A stretch of DNA of 64,000 nucleotides. Origin: Nitrospinales bacterium. Its GTDB lineage: Bacteria; Nitrospinota; Nitrospinia; Nitrospinales; VA-1. The stretch spans positions 1,984,001 through 2,048,000 of the forward strand of contig CBDCWG010000012.1 in the NCBI GenBank assembly GCA_965223345.1, written 5' to 3'. The notes under the pieces were generated by a model. It saw only the letters and a program-made list of their open reading frames with translations, did no database searches and was not told the origin of the DNA. Positions 8,837 through 18,601 of the stretch are shown here, one piece after another (position 1 is the first letter of the stretch; every line of letters starts with the position of its first letter). The position numbers and the translations under genes were made by a program.

Positions 8837-9877
8837 TCAGCCCTTGTATTTGGAGGCCAGCGAGTAGCGTTCCATCAGGTAGCCGAGGCAGTCCTGATGC
8901 ACGATGGTTTCGTTGGTGGTGAACATCGAGGGCACGACCGAGCGTTTGAGGCGGATCTCCCCATCCTGATACTGAATGTATTTCCCCTCCACGTCGCAGT
9001 CGTTTTCATCGAGAACGGTGAGCTTCAGATCGTCGTTGTGACGCCAGCCCAGCAGCGTGTCTTCCGGAAGTTCGGCGAAATTGTTGCCGTCGATGTTGTC
9101 GATGAATGAAAAATCCAGATCGCCCGTGGAATGATTGAATCCGATGCGGCTTTGCTTGGGCACGTGGATGCGGGCGATGCTGTGATAGATGTAAAGATCC
9201 TCTTCGTGCACCGGGAAATCGGGGACCGATTCGAGGTGCAGGCATTTTTCCAGAAATTCGAAGACGTGCTGCACGCCGTAGGCGTCGTCCGGCTTGCCGC
9301 TTTCGACGGTGATCGACGGGCAATGGTCGGACATGGCCCGGGACAGCACTTCTTTGGGACGGGTGAAGTAGACCAGGGTCGGGCTGTAGAGCCGCCCCAG
9401 ATGCACGAACGCCGGGTCGAGCCGGTTGAGGCAGGCGTAGTGCGGGTTGCGGCCCGAGGTGTTGTGGATGTCGATGCAGGCAAAAACGGGTTCCCGCTTC
9501 ATGCGGCTGAGCACCTCGCGCGCCAGCGCGTGCTCGGGCGTGGTTCCTCCCTGCCAGATGCGGTTGTAATCCGGCTGCCAGGAAAAGCGCCGCCGGTTCT
9601 CTCGCGCCGCTTGCACATTCCCCACGAAGATGGCGACGCTGCGCGGCAGCGCGCCTTTCTCAGGATTGTATTTTTGCAGCAGTTTTTGCAGCGCGGCGAC
9701 GCCGGTGGGCTCGTTGCCGTGCAGCAGCGTGGCGATGAAAAGCGGAGGGCCCGCCTTGCCTTTCAGATGAATGAGGGACGGTCCGGGCAGCACCGCATGC
9801 AGCCCGTTTACCGGAGTGTCGAGAAAGCCCTCTGGAATGGATTCGAACGTGTGCAGTTTGACTTCTAGATTTCCCAT
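8837..9877 (-). CDS. M14-like zinc peptidase (succinylglutamate desuccinylase/aspartoacylase family)
   Basis: TLLHGNEPTG, FVGNV, DYNRIW, IDIHNTSG, TVESG. Confidence 0.8.
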   Translation of the reverse strand: MGNLEVKLHTFESIPEGFLDTPVNGLHAVLPGPSLIHLKGKAGPPLFIATLLHGNEPTGVAALQKLLQKYNPEKGALPRSVAIFVGNVQAARENRRRFSWQPDYNRIWQGGTTPEHALAREVLSRMKREPVFACIDIHNTSGRNPHYACLNRLDPAFVHLGRLYSPTLVYFTRPKEVLSRAMSDHCPSITVESGKPDDAYGVQHVFEFLEKCLHLESVPDFPVHEEDLYIYHSIARIHVPKQSRIGFNHSTGDLDFSFIDNIDGNNFAELPEDTLLGWRHNDDLKLTVLDENDCDVEGKYIQYQDGEIRLKRSVVPSMFTTNETIVHQDCLGYLMERYSLASKYKG

Positions 9878-11304
9878 CGATATACCGGAAGATTCTGTTT
9901 CTGGAATTCGTAATAACTCTCTGTCATTTTCTGAAAATCGTTGCCGTTGGCGGCGATGAAGGCCCGCTGCCAGGTGGCGCCGTTTTGCCCGCCGCGCAGC
10001 CGGTTCGCCATGATCTCGCCGATGTAATGATCGATGTCTGCCTGCAGCAGACCGGCGGATTGCAGCCCCTGCTCTGCGGCGGGAAGCAGCACCTCGGTCA
10101 GCACGCTGCGGATCGGCATCGGGTCCGCATTGCGGGCCCATTTGATCTTCGCGTCAAGCCCAAGCCTGGCGGCCTGGTAAAAGTTTTCCCTGGCGTCCTC
10201 AAAAGAAATGTCGTGTTCCAGCGGCGTTTCGCGGGCGACGAAATGCTGGACCATGCCGACGAAGAAGGCGACGTTGGCGATGGTGTCACACAGGCTGGGG
10301 CCGGCGGCGGGCACGCGGTGTTCGATTCGCAAATGCGGTTTGCCGTCGCTGCTCAGGCCGATGAGCGGGCGGGTCCAGCGCCAGATGGTGCCGTTGTGCA
10401 GCCTCAGGTGGTTGAGCCAGTTGGAGTCCTCATTGTACACGAGTGGCAGCAGAACGGGAAACCCGTCCAGGTTTTCCAGAAACGGCTCGAGGACGGAGTT
10501 CTTGCAGTAGCCGGTTCCGAACGTGACGCGCCCGATGCTTCTGCCGCTCGGGTCGGGAAAGCTCGCCACCGACACCGACTGCTCGAACGTGGGGATGCGG
10601 GTCTCGTCCCACAGATCCTTGCCGAAGAGATACGGGGAATTGGCGGCCGCTGCCACCATCGGGGCGGAAAGGATCTGCGACAGGTTGTAGTGGCGCACCG
10701 CATCCGCCGGGTTGACCTGCAGGTGGATCTGCAGGGAGGTGGCGGCGGACTCCAGCATGACGTTGTTGTGCTCCACGCGCAAAGAATCGCGCCCGTCGAT
10801 TTTGAGATTGAGCGGTTTTCCTCCCCGAAGCTTCAACACCTGCCGGTTGAGCGCCTGATAGCGGTTGAGCGGCGACATGTTGTCCATGTGCAGCACGTCG
10901 TCGCGGACGGTGGGCAGGATGCCGATGGCCATCACTTTGGACTGCAGCTCCTGCGCGTGGCGCTCGCAGGTTTCCCACACCCGGGCCAGTTCGTTTTCCA
11001 GGCGGCTGAGCAGGGCGCCCGCAACCGGATGCGGCGTGCTGTTGATTTCGAAGTTGAACTTGGCCAGCTCCGGAACCACAAGATGGCTGTTTACGTTCTC
11101 GAGGAAATTCTCGTTGATGGGGGCGGGGTGGAACTGACCGTCCACCAGCCAGGCTTCCAGCTCGAAACCGCAGCGGGTTCCGGAGTTTTCGAAGTCGTTG
11201 TCCTGAAACCAGTTCATGAGAACGCGGGTCTCATCCCGCAGCCTCACTTTGAATTCGCGGATGTCTTCGCTGGTAAAATCGCAGCTTGTGATTTCATCGC
11301 CCAT
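9865..11304 (-). CDS. Glutamate-cysteine ligase (GCS2) family carboxylate-amine ligase
   Basis: GFELEAWLVD, VPELAKFNFEIN, ESAATSLQIHLQV, ANSPYL, ETRIPTFEQS, LHNGTIWRWTRP, HLRIEHRVPAAGP. Confidence 0.85.
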   Translation of the reverse strand: MGDEITSCDFTSEDIREFKVRLRDETRVLMNWFQDNDFENSGTRCGFELEAWLVDGQFHPAPINENFLENVNSHLVVPELAKFNFEINSTPHPVAGALLSRLENELARVWETCERHAQELQSKVMAIGILPTVRDDVLHMDNMSPLNRYQALNRQVLKLRGGKPLNLKIDGRDSLRVEHNNVMLESAATSLQIHLQVNPADAVRHYNLSQILSAPMVAAAANSPYLFGKDLWDETRIPTFEQSVSVASFPDPSGRSIGRVTFGTGYCKNSVLEPFLENLDGFPVLLPLVYNEDSNWLNHLRLHNGTIWRWTRPLIGLSSDGKPHLRIEHRVPAAGPSLCDTIANVAFFVGMVQHFVARETPLEHDISFEDARENFYQAARLGLDAKIKWARNADPMPIRSVLTEVLLPAAEQGLQSAGLLQADIDHYIGEIMANRLRGGQNGATWQRAFIAANGNDFQKMTESYYEFQKQNLPVYRWEI

Positions 11305-11415
11305 GATGTGCGCCTGCTGCCGGTTTGAAACCGGTGTGTGGACAAAAGGTTCCTCGCTTGCGGAACCGCTGGGATCTTTGCATGCGTTCGCTGGCCAAAA
11401 AGCAGAGTATCTCGA

Positions 11416-11444
11416 TGTCACCCTTCGACGAGCTCAGGGTGACA
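11416..11444. repeat. REP-like palindromic element
   Basis: TGTCACCCT-TCGACGAGCTC-AGGGTGACA hairpin; the reverse complement has core CCTGAGCTCGTCGAAGG, matching 4570-4587 with two substitutions. Confidence 0.7.
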
Positions 11445-11540
11445 AGCATATCACTAAATACAACGATCTCCGGACGGTGTTCCGCCCGGATCTCCTTTAT
11501 TATTATGAGGCTAGGCCGACGGGGGAGCAACCGCGAATTG

Positions 11541-12482
11541 TCAGGATTCGACCGGGGCGGCGTCATCTTCGGCCAGATCGGCAAAATCGTCGATGTAATC
11601 CTGGATGCGCTGCAGCAGGTGGGATCTCTGGGGAGGCGTCAATATTCCGTCGATATTGACCAGAATCTGCTTCCATTCGGCGTTGCGGCGCCGCACCTGG
11701 TCCATGAATTCCGGGCTCCAGCGGATTTCGGGCTTCTGCGTCCATTCGATGAGCCGGGCGTCGATTTCGGCAGCCGAACTTTTTTCCTCCAGCAGGGCGG
11801 CGAAGCTCTGCTGAAACTTGCGGCGGTTTTTCAAGCGGTTTTCGATCCAGGACCGCTCGAGCGTGACCCAGCCGCGTATCCGCTCTTTCTGCGCGTCTTC
11901 CAGGTGGCCGGTCCATTTCGCCATCACCTTGAGCAGCCAGTCCTGGGCGTCGGTCTGCATCTCCGCATCGGTCATCGCGAGCTGCTTGATGAGAAACTCG
12001 TTGCCTTCCTCCAGTTTGACTTTCAAATGCGCGATCTGACCGGTCTCCAGGGTGGTCAGAAACTCGGCGAAGTCCGGCGAGAAATGGATGAAAAACCGTT
12101 TGAAAAAGTTGCGGTGGTCCTCCTGCAGCCAGTCGATGTCCTCCGGTTTCAACCCGCTTCCGATACGCGACTTCAGCTGTTTCAACGTATCCACGATGGC
12201 GGGCAGCTCGTTTTTGCGGTGCCAGACGAACAGCCGGTCGATCCGTTCTTCCAGAAAAGACTGCTGCGTGGCGTTGACATCGAAATACTTGTCGATGGTG
12301 CGCAGGATGAACCAGTCGGAAAAGTGGTAGGCGATCTTGGTTTTGCTGCAGCCCATTGTCAACAAGGCGCCGGCCGCCAGCACAATCCACAAACAGCGCG
12401 TGAGTTTTTGCGCGGGCCGTTTTTTTAAATGCGGGCGGCGAGCGGATTCATTCGGAGTTGAGTGCAACACATTCACTGTCAT
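11541..12482 (-). CDS. Lipoprotein, DUF6279-like
   Basis: Lipobox LLTMGC then SKTKIAYHFSDWFILRTIDKYFD...WHRKNELP; helical; start uncertain. Confidence 0.7.
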   Translation of the reverse strand: MTVNVLHSTPNESARRPHLKKRPAQKLTRCLWIVLAAGALLTMGCSKTKIAYHFSDWFILRTIDKYFDVNATQQSFLEERIDRLFVWHRKNELPAIVDTLKQLKSRIGSGLKPEDIDWLQEDHRNFFKRFFIHFSPDFAEFLTTLETGQIAHLKVKLEEGNEFLIKQLAMTDAEMQTDAQDWLLKVMAKWTGHLEDAQKERIRGWVTLERSWIENRLKNRRKFQQSFAALLEEKSSAAEIDARLIEWTQKPEIRWSPEFMDQVRRRNAEWKQILVNIDGILTPPQRSHLLQRIQDYIDDFADLAEDDAAPVES

Positions 12483-12698
12483 GTCGATTTTTTTTTTTGG
12501 ATAGGCGCTGATAAAGAAATTATAAGCTACTTCTGAAAAATTTGGCATGAATTTCCTTTGAATCCAAAGCATCATTCACACTCAGTCATGCAAAGGCTGT
12601 GTTCCCTGGATTGGAAATTTTTTCATTACGTTGTAAACTGTGCCCGCCGGAAAACGTTTCCTGTTTTCACTCTCTCCATCTCACCTGAGGAACACATT

Positions 12699-13199
12699 AT
12701 GCTGCGTCAAACCCTGAAAGTGTTCAAGGCCCTGAACTCCGACGCCAAGCCCTGGCAGTTGAGCCTGGGCATCGTTTTCGGATCCTTTCTGGGCTTGACG
12801 CCTCTGTTGAATCTCCACAATGCGGTGCTGCTGTTCCTGGCGTTCATCATCACGTTGAACATCGGCCTCATGTTCCTGAGTTTCGCGTTTTTCTCGGGTG
12901 TGGCGTACCTTCTCGATCCGCTGTTTCACAAAATCGGCTATGCGGTGTTGACCAAAGAAACGCTGCGTCCGTTCTGGACCGATTTTTTCAGCTCCCCGCT
13001 GGCGGTGTTGAGCAACCTCAACAACTCGATCGTGCTGGGGAGCCTGATCTTTTCGGCGCTGTTTGCGATCCCGCTTTTTCTGGTCAGCAATGTACTGGTG
13101 CAAAAATACCGGGACAACATCCAGGAATTTCTGGACAAGATCCCTCTCATTCGATCCATGAAAATCGTGAAAACCTATCAGACCATCGCGGGGGATTGA
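12699..13199 (+). CDS. TIGR03546-family membrane protein
   Basis: KALNSDAKPWQLSLG...GLTP...LLDPLFHKIG...LNNSIVLGSL; GAGG RBS; precedes a TIGR03545-type gene. Confidence 0.8.
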   Translation: MLRQTLKVFKALNSDAKPWQLSLGIVFGSFLGLTPLLNLHNAVLLFLAFIITLNIGLMFLSFAFFSGVAYLLDPLFHKIGYAVLTKETLRPFWTDFFSSPLAVLSNLNNSIVLGSLIFSALFAIPLFLVSNVLVQKYRDNIQEFLDKIPLIRSMKIVKTYQTIAGD

Positions 13200-13274
13200 G
13201 CGCTTGATTGTGTGGGCGTGTTTTTTCTTCCTGGTGTTTGCGTGCAATTGTCAAACGACCGTCGGAGTTGAACG

Positions 13275-15104
13275 ATGAAATTTCTGAGGTGGCAGGGACT
13301 GGTGGCATTTCTGATTCTCGGGGTGGCGGGCTGGGCTTTCTTTGCGTTGCTTCTCGATGGCCTGATCGAGCGCGGCGTCGAGGAACAGGGTTCCGCGGCG
13401 CTGCAGACCCAGATCGAGGTCGGCAAGGTGAACACATCTCTTCCCAATCAGGCGGCGGAAATCCATGAGCTTGCGGTGGCGGACCCCGACGATCCGATGA
13501 AAAACACGGTGGAGATCGGCGCCATCAAGTTCAACGTCGATGCGGGCCGGGCGGTGTTCAAGAAGGTGATCATCGATGAGATGGTGGTCGATGGCATCAA
13601 GTTGAATCAGAAACGGGAAACACCGGCGAAATCGTTCAAACGGGACGATGCGGAAGGGGAGGGGCCCGATGCGGAGACGGGCGAACCCGGAAAGAAAAAA
13701 TCCGGCCCGTTTGATTTCCTCAAGGACCTTTCGGTGGCGTCTCCGGAAGAGATCCTGAAAAAGGAGAAACTCGAATCGCTGGAAGCGGTGGACGCCACCA
13801 AAAAACAGATCGAGGATCTGAGAGCCAAATGGGAAAAGAAACTGGAGACCGATCTCAACCCTGAAGTGCTGGAGGAGACGAAGAAAAAAATCGAAGCCCT
13901 TCAGGGAAAAACCGGCTCCGGCATCGCCGGCGCCGCGGATGCGCTGCAGGAAGTGCAGAGCATCAAGCAGGAGATCCAGGGCAACATCGACAAGATCGCC
14001 AACCTCAAAAAGGAACTGCAGCAGGATGTGGAATGGGCGAAGAAACGGGTGGCGGAGGTGAAGGCCCTGCCGAAAAAGGATTTCGAGCGGCTCAAAAACA
14101 AGTATTCGCTCGATGTCAAAGGCGGCAGCAACATCCTCGGGACGATTTTCGGCGATGAGATCAAGCAGAAGATCGACCTGTTCTGGCATTACTACGGCAA
14201 GCTCAGCCCCTTCCTCAACCGCGGCGCACAGGAAGAGGGGGGCGAAACCGAAGAAGAGGAAAAAGAAGAGATCCAGTACGAACGCGGTGAAGGGGTGTTC
14301 GTGAAGTTTCCGGAGAAAAACCCGTTCCCGGATTTTCTCGTGCGGCACGCGAAGCTGTCGATGGACCTGTTCGGCACGCAGGTCGCCGGCGACATGAAAG
14401 ATTTGTCCGACAACCAGCGCGCCTACGGCAAACCGGCGGTGATCGACTTCAACTCAGGCCGGAACGAAAAATTCGACAAGTTCGATCTGCAGTTGAAACT
14501 CGACCGCACGAAGCCGGTGTCCAGCGACCTGGTGTTTCTCGACATCGCGGCGTTGAAGCTTGCGGATGCCGCCGCCGGAGACGACATCACGGTGTCCCAG
14601 GGCAGCGCCAACATCAAAAGCTCGTTTTCGATCGCGGGCGAGAAGGACCTGACGGGCGTGCTGAAGGCGGATCTCAGCGGCCTGGCCTTCCAGATGGCGG
14701 AAGCGAAGGACGACGAGGTGTCGCAGATCATCCGCTCGGTGCTGGATTCGGCGAAACAATTCTTTGTGCAGATCGGCATCAAGGGCACGCAGCAGGACTA
14801 CTCCCTCGATATCAAGTCGGATCTCGACGGCATCATCGCAGGCGCGGTGAAAGGGGCGCTTGCGGGCAAGATCGCCGATCTGGAGAAGGGGCTGAAAAAG
14901 TCCATCGCCTCCGCCACCGACGGCCCTCTGGCGAAGGTGAATCAGTCGGTGGGCAAGTTCCTCAAGATCGAAGACGTGCTGGGAGACAAATCCACCGCCT
15001 GGCAGGATCTTTTGCAGGAAGCCACGAAAGGGGCCGTTCCCATTCCCGGCAAGGACAAACTTCCGATCCCCGACGGACTGAAAGGACTCAAGCTGCCGTT
15101 TTAG
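13275..15104 (+). CDS. TIGR03545-family membrane-anchored (AsmA-like) protein
   Basis: RWQGLVAF N-anchor, LAVADPDDPMKN, coiled coil, RGEGVFVKFPEKNPFPDFLVR. Confidence 0.8.
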   Translation: MKFLRWQGLVAFLILGVAGWAFFALLLDGLIERGVEEQGSAALQTQIEVGKVNTSLPNQAAEIHELAVADPDDPMKNTVEIGAIKFNVDAGRAVFKKVIIDEMVVDGIKLNQKRETPAKSFKRDDAEGEGPDAETGEPGKKKSGPFDFLKDLSVASPEEILKKEKLESLEAVDATKKQIEDLRAKWEKKLETDLNPEVLEETKKKIEALQGKTGSGIAGAADALQEVQSIKQEIQGNIDKIANLKKELQQDVEWAKKRVAEVKALPKKDFERLKNKYSLDVKGGSNILGTIFGDEIKQKIDLFWHYYGKLSPFLNRGAQEEGGETEEEEKEEIQYERGEGVFVKFPEKNPFPDFLVRHAKLSMDLFGTQVAGDMKDLSDNQRAYGKPAVIDFNSGRNEKFDKFDLQLKLDRTKPVSSDLVFLDIAALKLADAAAGDDITVSQGSANIKSSFSIAGEKDLTGVLKADLSGLAFQMAEAKDDEVSQIIRSVLDSAKQFFVQIGIKGTQQDYSLDIKSDLDGIIAGAVKGALAGKIADLEKGLKKSIASATDGPLAKVNQSVGKFLKIEDVLGDKSTAWQDLLQEATKGAVPIPGKDKLPIPDGLKGLKLPF

Positions 15105-15242
15105 CGGGTGCGCTTCTGGTATAATGGGTGTGAACGTTTGGGCATGATGGCCTGTTTTAACGCAACGCACCTTGTGAACGAAAACACCCTGCTCGCCGGA
15201 CGGCATCGGGGCGGGGCGTTTTCAGCCAGGAAAGGAGCTCCC

Positions 15243-16025
15243 ATGCGGACTTGGATGATGGCGGGGTGGATTCTGCTTGCAGGCTGCGCTTCGGTGGTGG
15301 CGCCGCCGGAAAAACTTTCCATCGAACCTTCGGAAATGACGCCCTGGGCCGCCACTGAAGCCTGGGGGCGGGTGCTCGACACCTCGGTGGACTGGCGCGG
15401 ACAGGTGGACATCCGCAAAATCGCCGACAGCCCGCGGGATCTGCATCTGTTCATCGCCTTCATCGCCCAATACAGTCCGAAAAGCCACCCGAAGCTGTTC
15501 CCCACGCTGGAAGATGAGACCGCGTTTTACATCAACTCGTACAACGCGCTGGTTCTGTATGGCATGGTGCTCAACGAATTCCCCCGCGATTTCAATTCCG
15601 CCTACGCGCGCAACCGGTTTTTCCGCGACACACAGTTTCGAATCGGCGGCGAGGACCTCTCGCTGCTGGAGTACGAAAACAGGCGCATCCGGCCGCTCGG
15701 CGATGCGCGGGTTCACTTTGCCTTGACGCCGATGGTGCGTTCGGGGCCGCGGCTTGCGAAAGAACCGTATGAAGGAGACCGCCTCGAACAGCAACTGGAT
15801 GCCGCCGCCCACCGGTTCATCAACGATCCGGGGAACGTGCTGACGCTGGAAAACGAGGAGGTGGTGCGCCTTTCGGAGATGTTCCAGTTTTATGAAGAGG
15901 ATTTTTTGCAGTCCGCAAACGCGCCCTCGCTCATCGCCTATGTCAACCGGTATCGGAAAAAGAAGATCCAGGAACCGAGAAGCGTTCAGTTCATCCCCTT
16001 CGACTGGATGGTCCGCTACTGGTGA
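15243..16025 (+). CDS. DUF547-domain lipoprotein
   Basis: Lipobox LLAGC; AFYINSYNAL, SLLEYEN, DARVHFAL, LSEMFQFYEEDF, PFDW. Confidence 0.8.
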   Translation: MRTWMMAGWILLAGCASVVAPPEKLSIEPSEMTPWAATEAWGRVLDTSVDWRGQVDIRKIADSPRDLHLFIAFIAQYSPKSHPKLFPTLEDETAFYINSYNALVLYGMVLNEFPRDFNSAYARNRFFRDTQFRIGGEDLSLLEYENRRIRPLGDARVHFALTPMVRSGPRLAKEPYEGDRLEQQLDAAAHRFINDPGNVLTLENEEVVRLSEMFQFYEEDFLQSANAPSLIAYVNRYRKKKIQEPRSVQFIPFDWMVRYW

Positions 16026-16677
16026 CGGGGCGGCTGCCGTCCTCATCGTTTTCGTTGCGGGCCTGCTGTTTTCTTCTCCTGTCTGCGCCGAACCGGATCC
16101 GATGGTCTCCATTCCGCAGGGTTCCTTTTTCATGGGCGACAGCACTTCTTCCTCCAAACTCAAAGAAGTGGTGCTTGAAGAATTCCGCATGGATGTGCAC
16201 GAAGTCACCAACCGGCAATACGGCGCGTTGATCGCAACGCACACCTACCGTCCCGGTGCGGCGGAGCACCCGGTGACCGATGTGAGCTGGCAGGAAGCCC
16301 GGCGCTACTGCGAGCGGGCCGGTAAGCGGCTCCCTTCTGAAGCGGAATGGGAGAAGGCGGCGCGCGGCACCGATAAGCGCATCTATCCCTGGGGCGCGAA
16401 AGCGCCGAAGAAAAAACCGCATCCCTATTATTCCGGGCTCATCAAGCGCCGGGTGGGGCTCAACCGGGTGGATGTGTCTTTTTACGGCCTGCGCGACATG
16501 GGCGGTTCGGTCTGGGAGTGGACGGGAAAAAAGGAAGAGGGCAAGATCGTGGTGCGGGGCGGGTTGTGGAACCTGCATCTGGATTACGAATACAGCCGCA
16601 CCTTCGACCGCAACCGGATCGCGCCTGAGAGCCGCTTCCCCTTCCTGGGGTTTCGCTGCGCCCAGTCGCCGCCTTGA
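15940..16677 (+). CDS. FGE-sulfatase (SUMF1/EgtB/PvdO) domain protein
   Basis: MVSIPQGSFFMG, HEVTNRQY, HPVTDVSW, KRLPSEAEWEKAARG, YPWG, GLRDMGGSVWEW, LGFRC; start uncertain. Confidence 0.85.
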   Translation: MSTGIGKRRSRNREAFSSSPSTGWSATGDGAAAVLIVFVAGLLFSSPVCAEPDPMVSIPQGSFFMGDSTSSSKLKEVVLEEFRMDVHEVTNRQYGALIATHTYRPGAAEHPVTDVSWQEARRYCERAGKRLPSEAEWEKAARGTDKRIYPWGAKAPKKKPHPYYSGLIKRRVGLNRVDVSFYGLRDMGGSVWEWTGKKEEGKIVVRGGLWNLHLDYEYSRTFDRNRIAPESRFPFLGFRCAQSPP

Positions 16678-16727
16678 GCGTGAGCGAGCCGGTGCATTGC
16701 ATCCGGCTCAGAAAGGATGGTTTGAAG

Positions 16728-17462
16728 ATGGCATTGTGGACGCGCCGTTTTTTCCTCACCCGCTTCGCTACGCTCGCAGGCGTGCTGGCGTCTCAGCTGC
16801 TGGGCAGGCCTTTGCGGGGCTGGAGCGCGGAGACGGATGAATTTGCGGGCAGCGACTTTGTCGGCAAGACGCGCAAAGGCCGCTACCGGAAGTTTTACAT
16901 CAACTTCTGGAAACCCATGCGCCGCATCCGTCCCGAGCGCTGGCGGCTCGAGGTGCTCGGGCTTTGCGAGCAGCCGCAGTCGTTCGATCTGAACGCGATC
17001 CGCTCGTTTGCGAAAAAGGCGCGCAACTCCCGGCTCAAATGCGTGGAGTGCTGGTCGGCGCGGGCGCACTGGCAGGGGTTCGCGTTCTCGGAGATCGCTG
17101 AACGCGTGCGCCCGTTGCCGGAGGCGAACGGCGTGGTGTTTCACTGTGCCGACGCTTACGTGGAGCACCTTTCGCTGGAAACGCTCACGCGGCAGGAAGT
17201 GCTGCTCGCGACCCACATGAACGGCGAGCCGTTGACGGACGAACACGGGTTTCCGCTGCGGGTCATCGCTCCCTTCAAATACGGCTATAAAAACCCCAAG
17301 TCGATTCTGAAGATGGAATTCGTCACCGAGGTGCGGTACGGGACCTGGAGCAAGATCGGACCCTATTCGCCGGATGGCACCATCCTTCCCGGCATCGACC
17401 ATCCCCTGGAGCGCGACAAAAAACCGCACCGGATCCCCGGAGGCGAAGTGCTGGATTACTGA
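16728..17462 (+). CDS. Tat-exported molybdopterin oxidoreductase, sulfite-oxidase family (MsrP-like)
   Basis: TRRFFL twin-Arg signal, RLKCVECWS, HGFPLRVIAPFKYGYKNPKSI. Confidence 0.85.
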   Translation: MALWTRRFFLTRFATLAGVLASQLLGRPLRGWSAETDEFAGSDFVGKTRKGRYRKFYINFWKPMRRIRPERWRLEVLGLCEQPQSFDLNAIRSFAKKARNSRLKCVECWSARAHWQGFAFSEIAERVRPLPEANGVVFHCADAYVEHLSLETLTRQEVLLATHMNGEPLTDEHGFPLRVIAPFKYGYKNPKSILKMEFVTEVRYGTWSKIGPYSPDGTILPGIDHPLERDKKPHRIPGGEVLDY

Positions 17463-18601
17463 CTTTCCGCTTTCAGGTCTTTCTTCACGATGAGGTAGGA
17501 CTTGTAGGGATCGGCGTTCAGGCTTTTCAGGATGTTGATCATGACCGTGTTGTCCTCGAGAATCCAGGACATCTCCAGATTGCGCAACTGGTCGGTGGTT
17601 TTGGTCCGGGAGTTCTGGATCATCCGCTGGTAGAGCAGGATGTCGAGTCCCTGATTGCGAAACCGGCTCTTGACCCCCATGAGCAGAATCCTTCCCGTTT
17701 TGATGTATCTGCGGAAGCTGAGGAGCTTGAAAAAACCGGTGGGGAACAGCCGGCCATCGGGAATCTGCGACAGCACCTCGTTCATGTCGGGCAGGGCCAG
17801 CAGAAACGCCGCCGGTTCGTCGTCCTTATAAAGAATGTAAATGAAATTGGTGTCCGCGAACAGTTTGAGCTGGCTGGCCATGAGGTCGATTTCCTCGTCG
17901 GTCATCGGCACGAATCCCCAGTTTTTGTTCCAGGCTTCGTTGTAGATCTCGAGGATCACCTTCAACTGGGATTTCAGGTCGTTCAGATCGAAATTGCGGA
18001 TCTGCACCGTATCGCCCAGCTCTTTGGAAACCCTGCGAGCCATGGTGGTGAACAGGCCGGGGATCTCCGTCTCCTTGTTCATGAAAAACGCCAGCAGCTC
18101 CTTTTCCTTCTCATAGCCCAGTTCCTTAAGCAGGCCGGGATAGTATTTGTGGGTGTAGGGCATCATGATGGCCGGCGGTCTCTCGAACCCGCGGATCAGA
18201 AAGCCGATCTCGTGATTGGTCGAGAAATTGAACGGACCCATGACGGAATCCATCTGCCTCGATTGCAGCCAGGCTTCCGCCGCCTGCATGAGCTTTTGCG
18301 CGACTTCTTTGCTTTCAATGGCTTCAAAGAAGCCGAAGAACCCCTGCCGGGTGTTGTAGTACTTGTTGAAGATCGCATCGATGTGCGCGGTCACCCTTCC
18401 AACCGGAGTTTTCCCCTCGTAAGCCACAAAATAGGCGACCTCGCTGTGGCGCATGAACGGATTTTCCGCACTGAAGAATTTTTTCCGTTCCATTCTCAGG
18501 GGCGGGCACCAGTGCGGCGCATTCCGATAGAGAGAGTAGGGCAGGCCGATGAAATCTTTCATTCCCTTGCGATCTTCATCGACCTGTTTCACAATCACCA
18601 T
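17456..18601 (-). CDS. GNAT-family N-acyltransferase of the YghO/bacterial ceramide synthase (bCerS) type
   Basis: FIGLPYSLY...WCPPL, NPF, GRVTAHID, GFFGFFE, GPFNFSTNHEIGFLIRGF..PP..MMPY, IYNEAWNKNWGFVP, ALPDMNE, LMGVK..FRNQG, EMSWILEDN. Confidence 0.8.
   Translation of the reverse strand: MVIVKQVDEDRKGMKDFIGLPYSLYRNAPHWCPPLRMERKKFFSAENPFMRHSEVAYFVAYEGKTPVGRVTAHIDAIFNKYYNTRQGFFGFFEAIESKEVAQKLMQAAEAWLQSRQMDSVMGPFNFSTNHEIGFLIRGFERPPAIMMPYTHKYYPGLLKELGYEKEKELLAFFMNKETEIPGLFTTMARRVSKELGDTVQIRNFDLNDLKSQLKVILEIYNEAWNKNWGFVPMTDEEIDLMASQLKLFADTNFIYILYKDDEPAAFLLALPDMNEVLSQIPDGRLFPTGFFKLLSFRRYIKTGRILLMGVKSRFRNQGLDILLYQRMIQNSRTKTTDQLRNLEMSWILEDNTVMINILKSLNADPYKSYLIVKKDLKAESQ

Noticed and set aside
12542..12557. 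TGGCATGAATTTCCT as a sigma54 promoter
   Set aside because: Lacks the conserved GC at -12.
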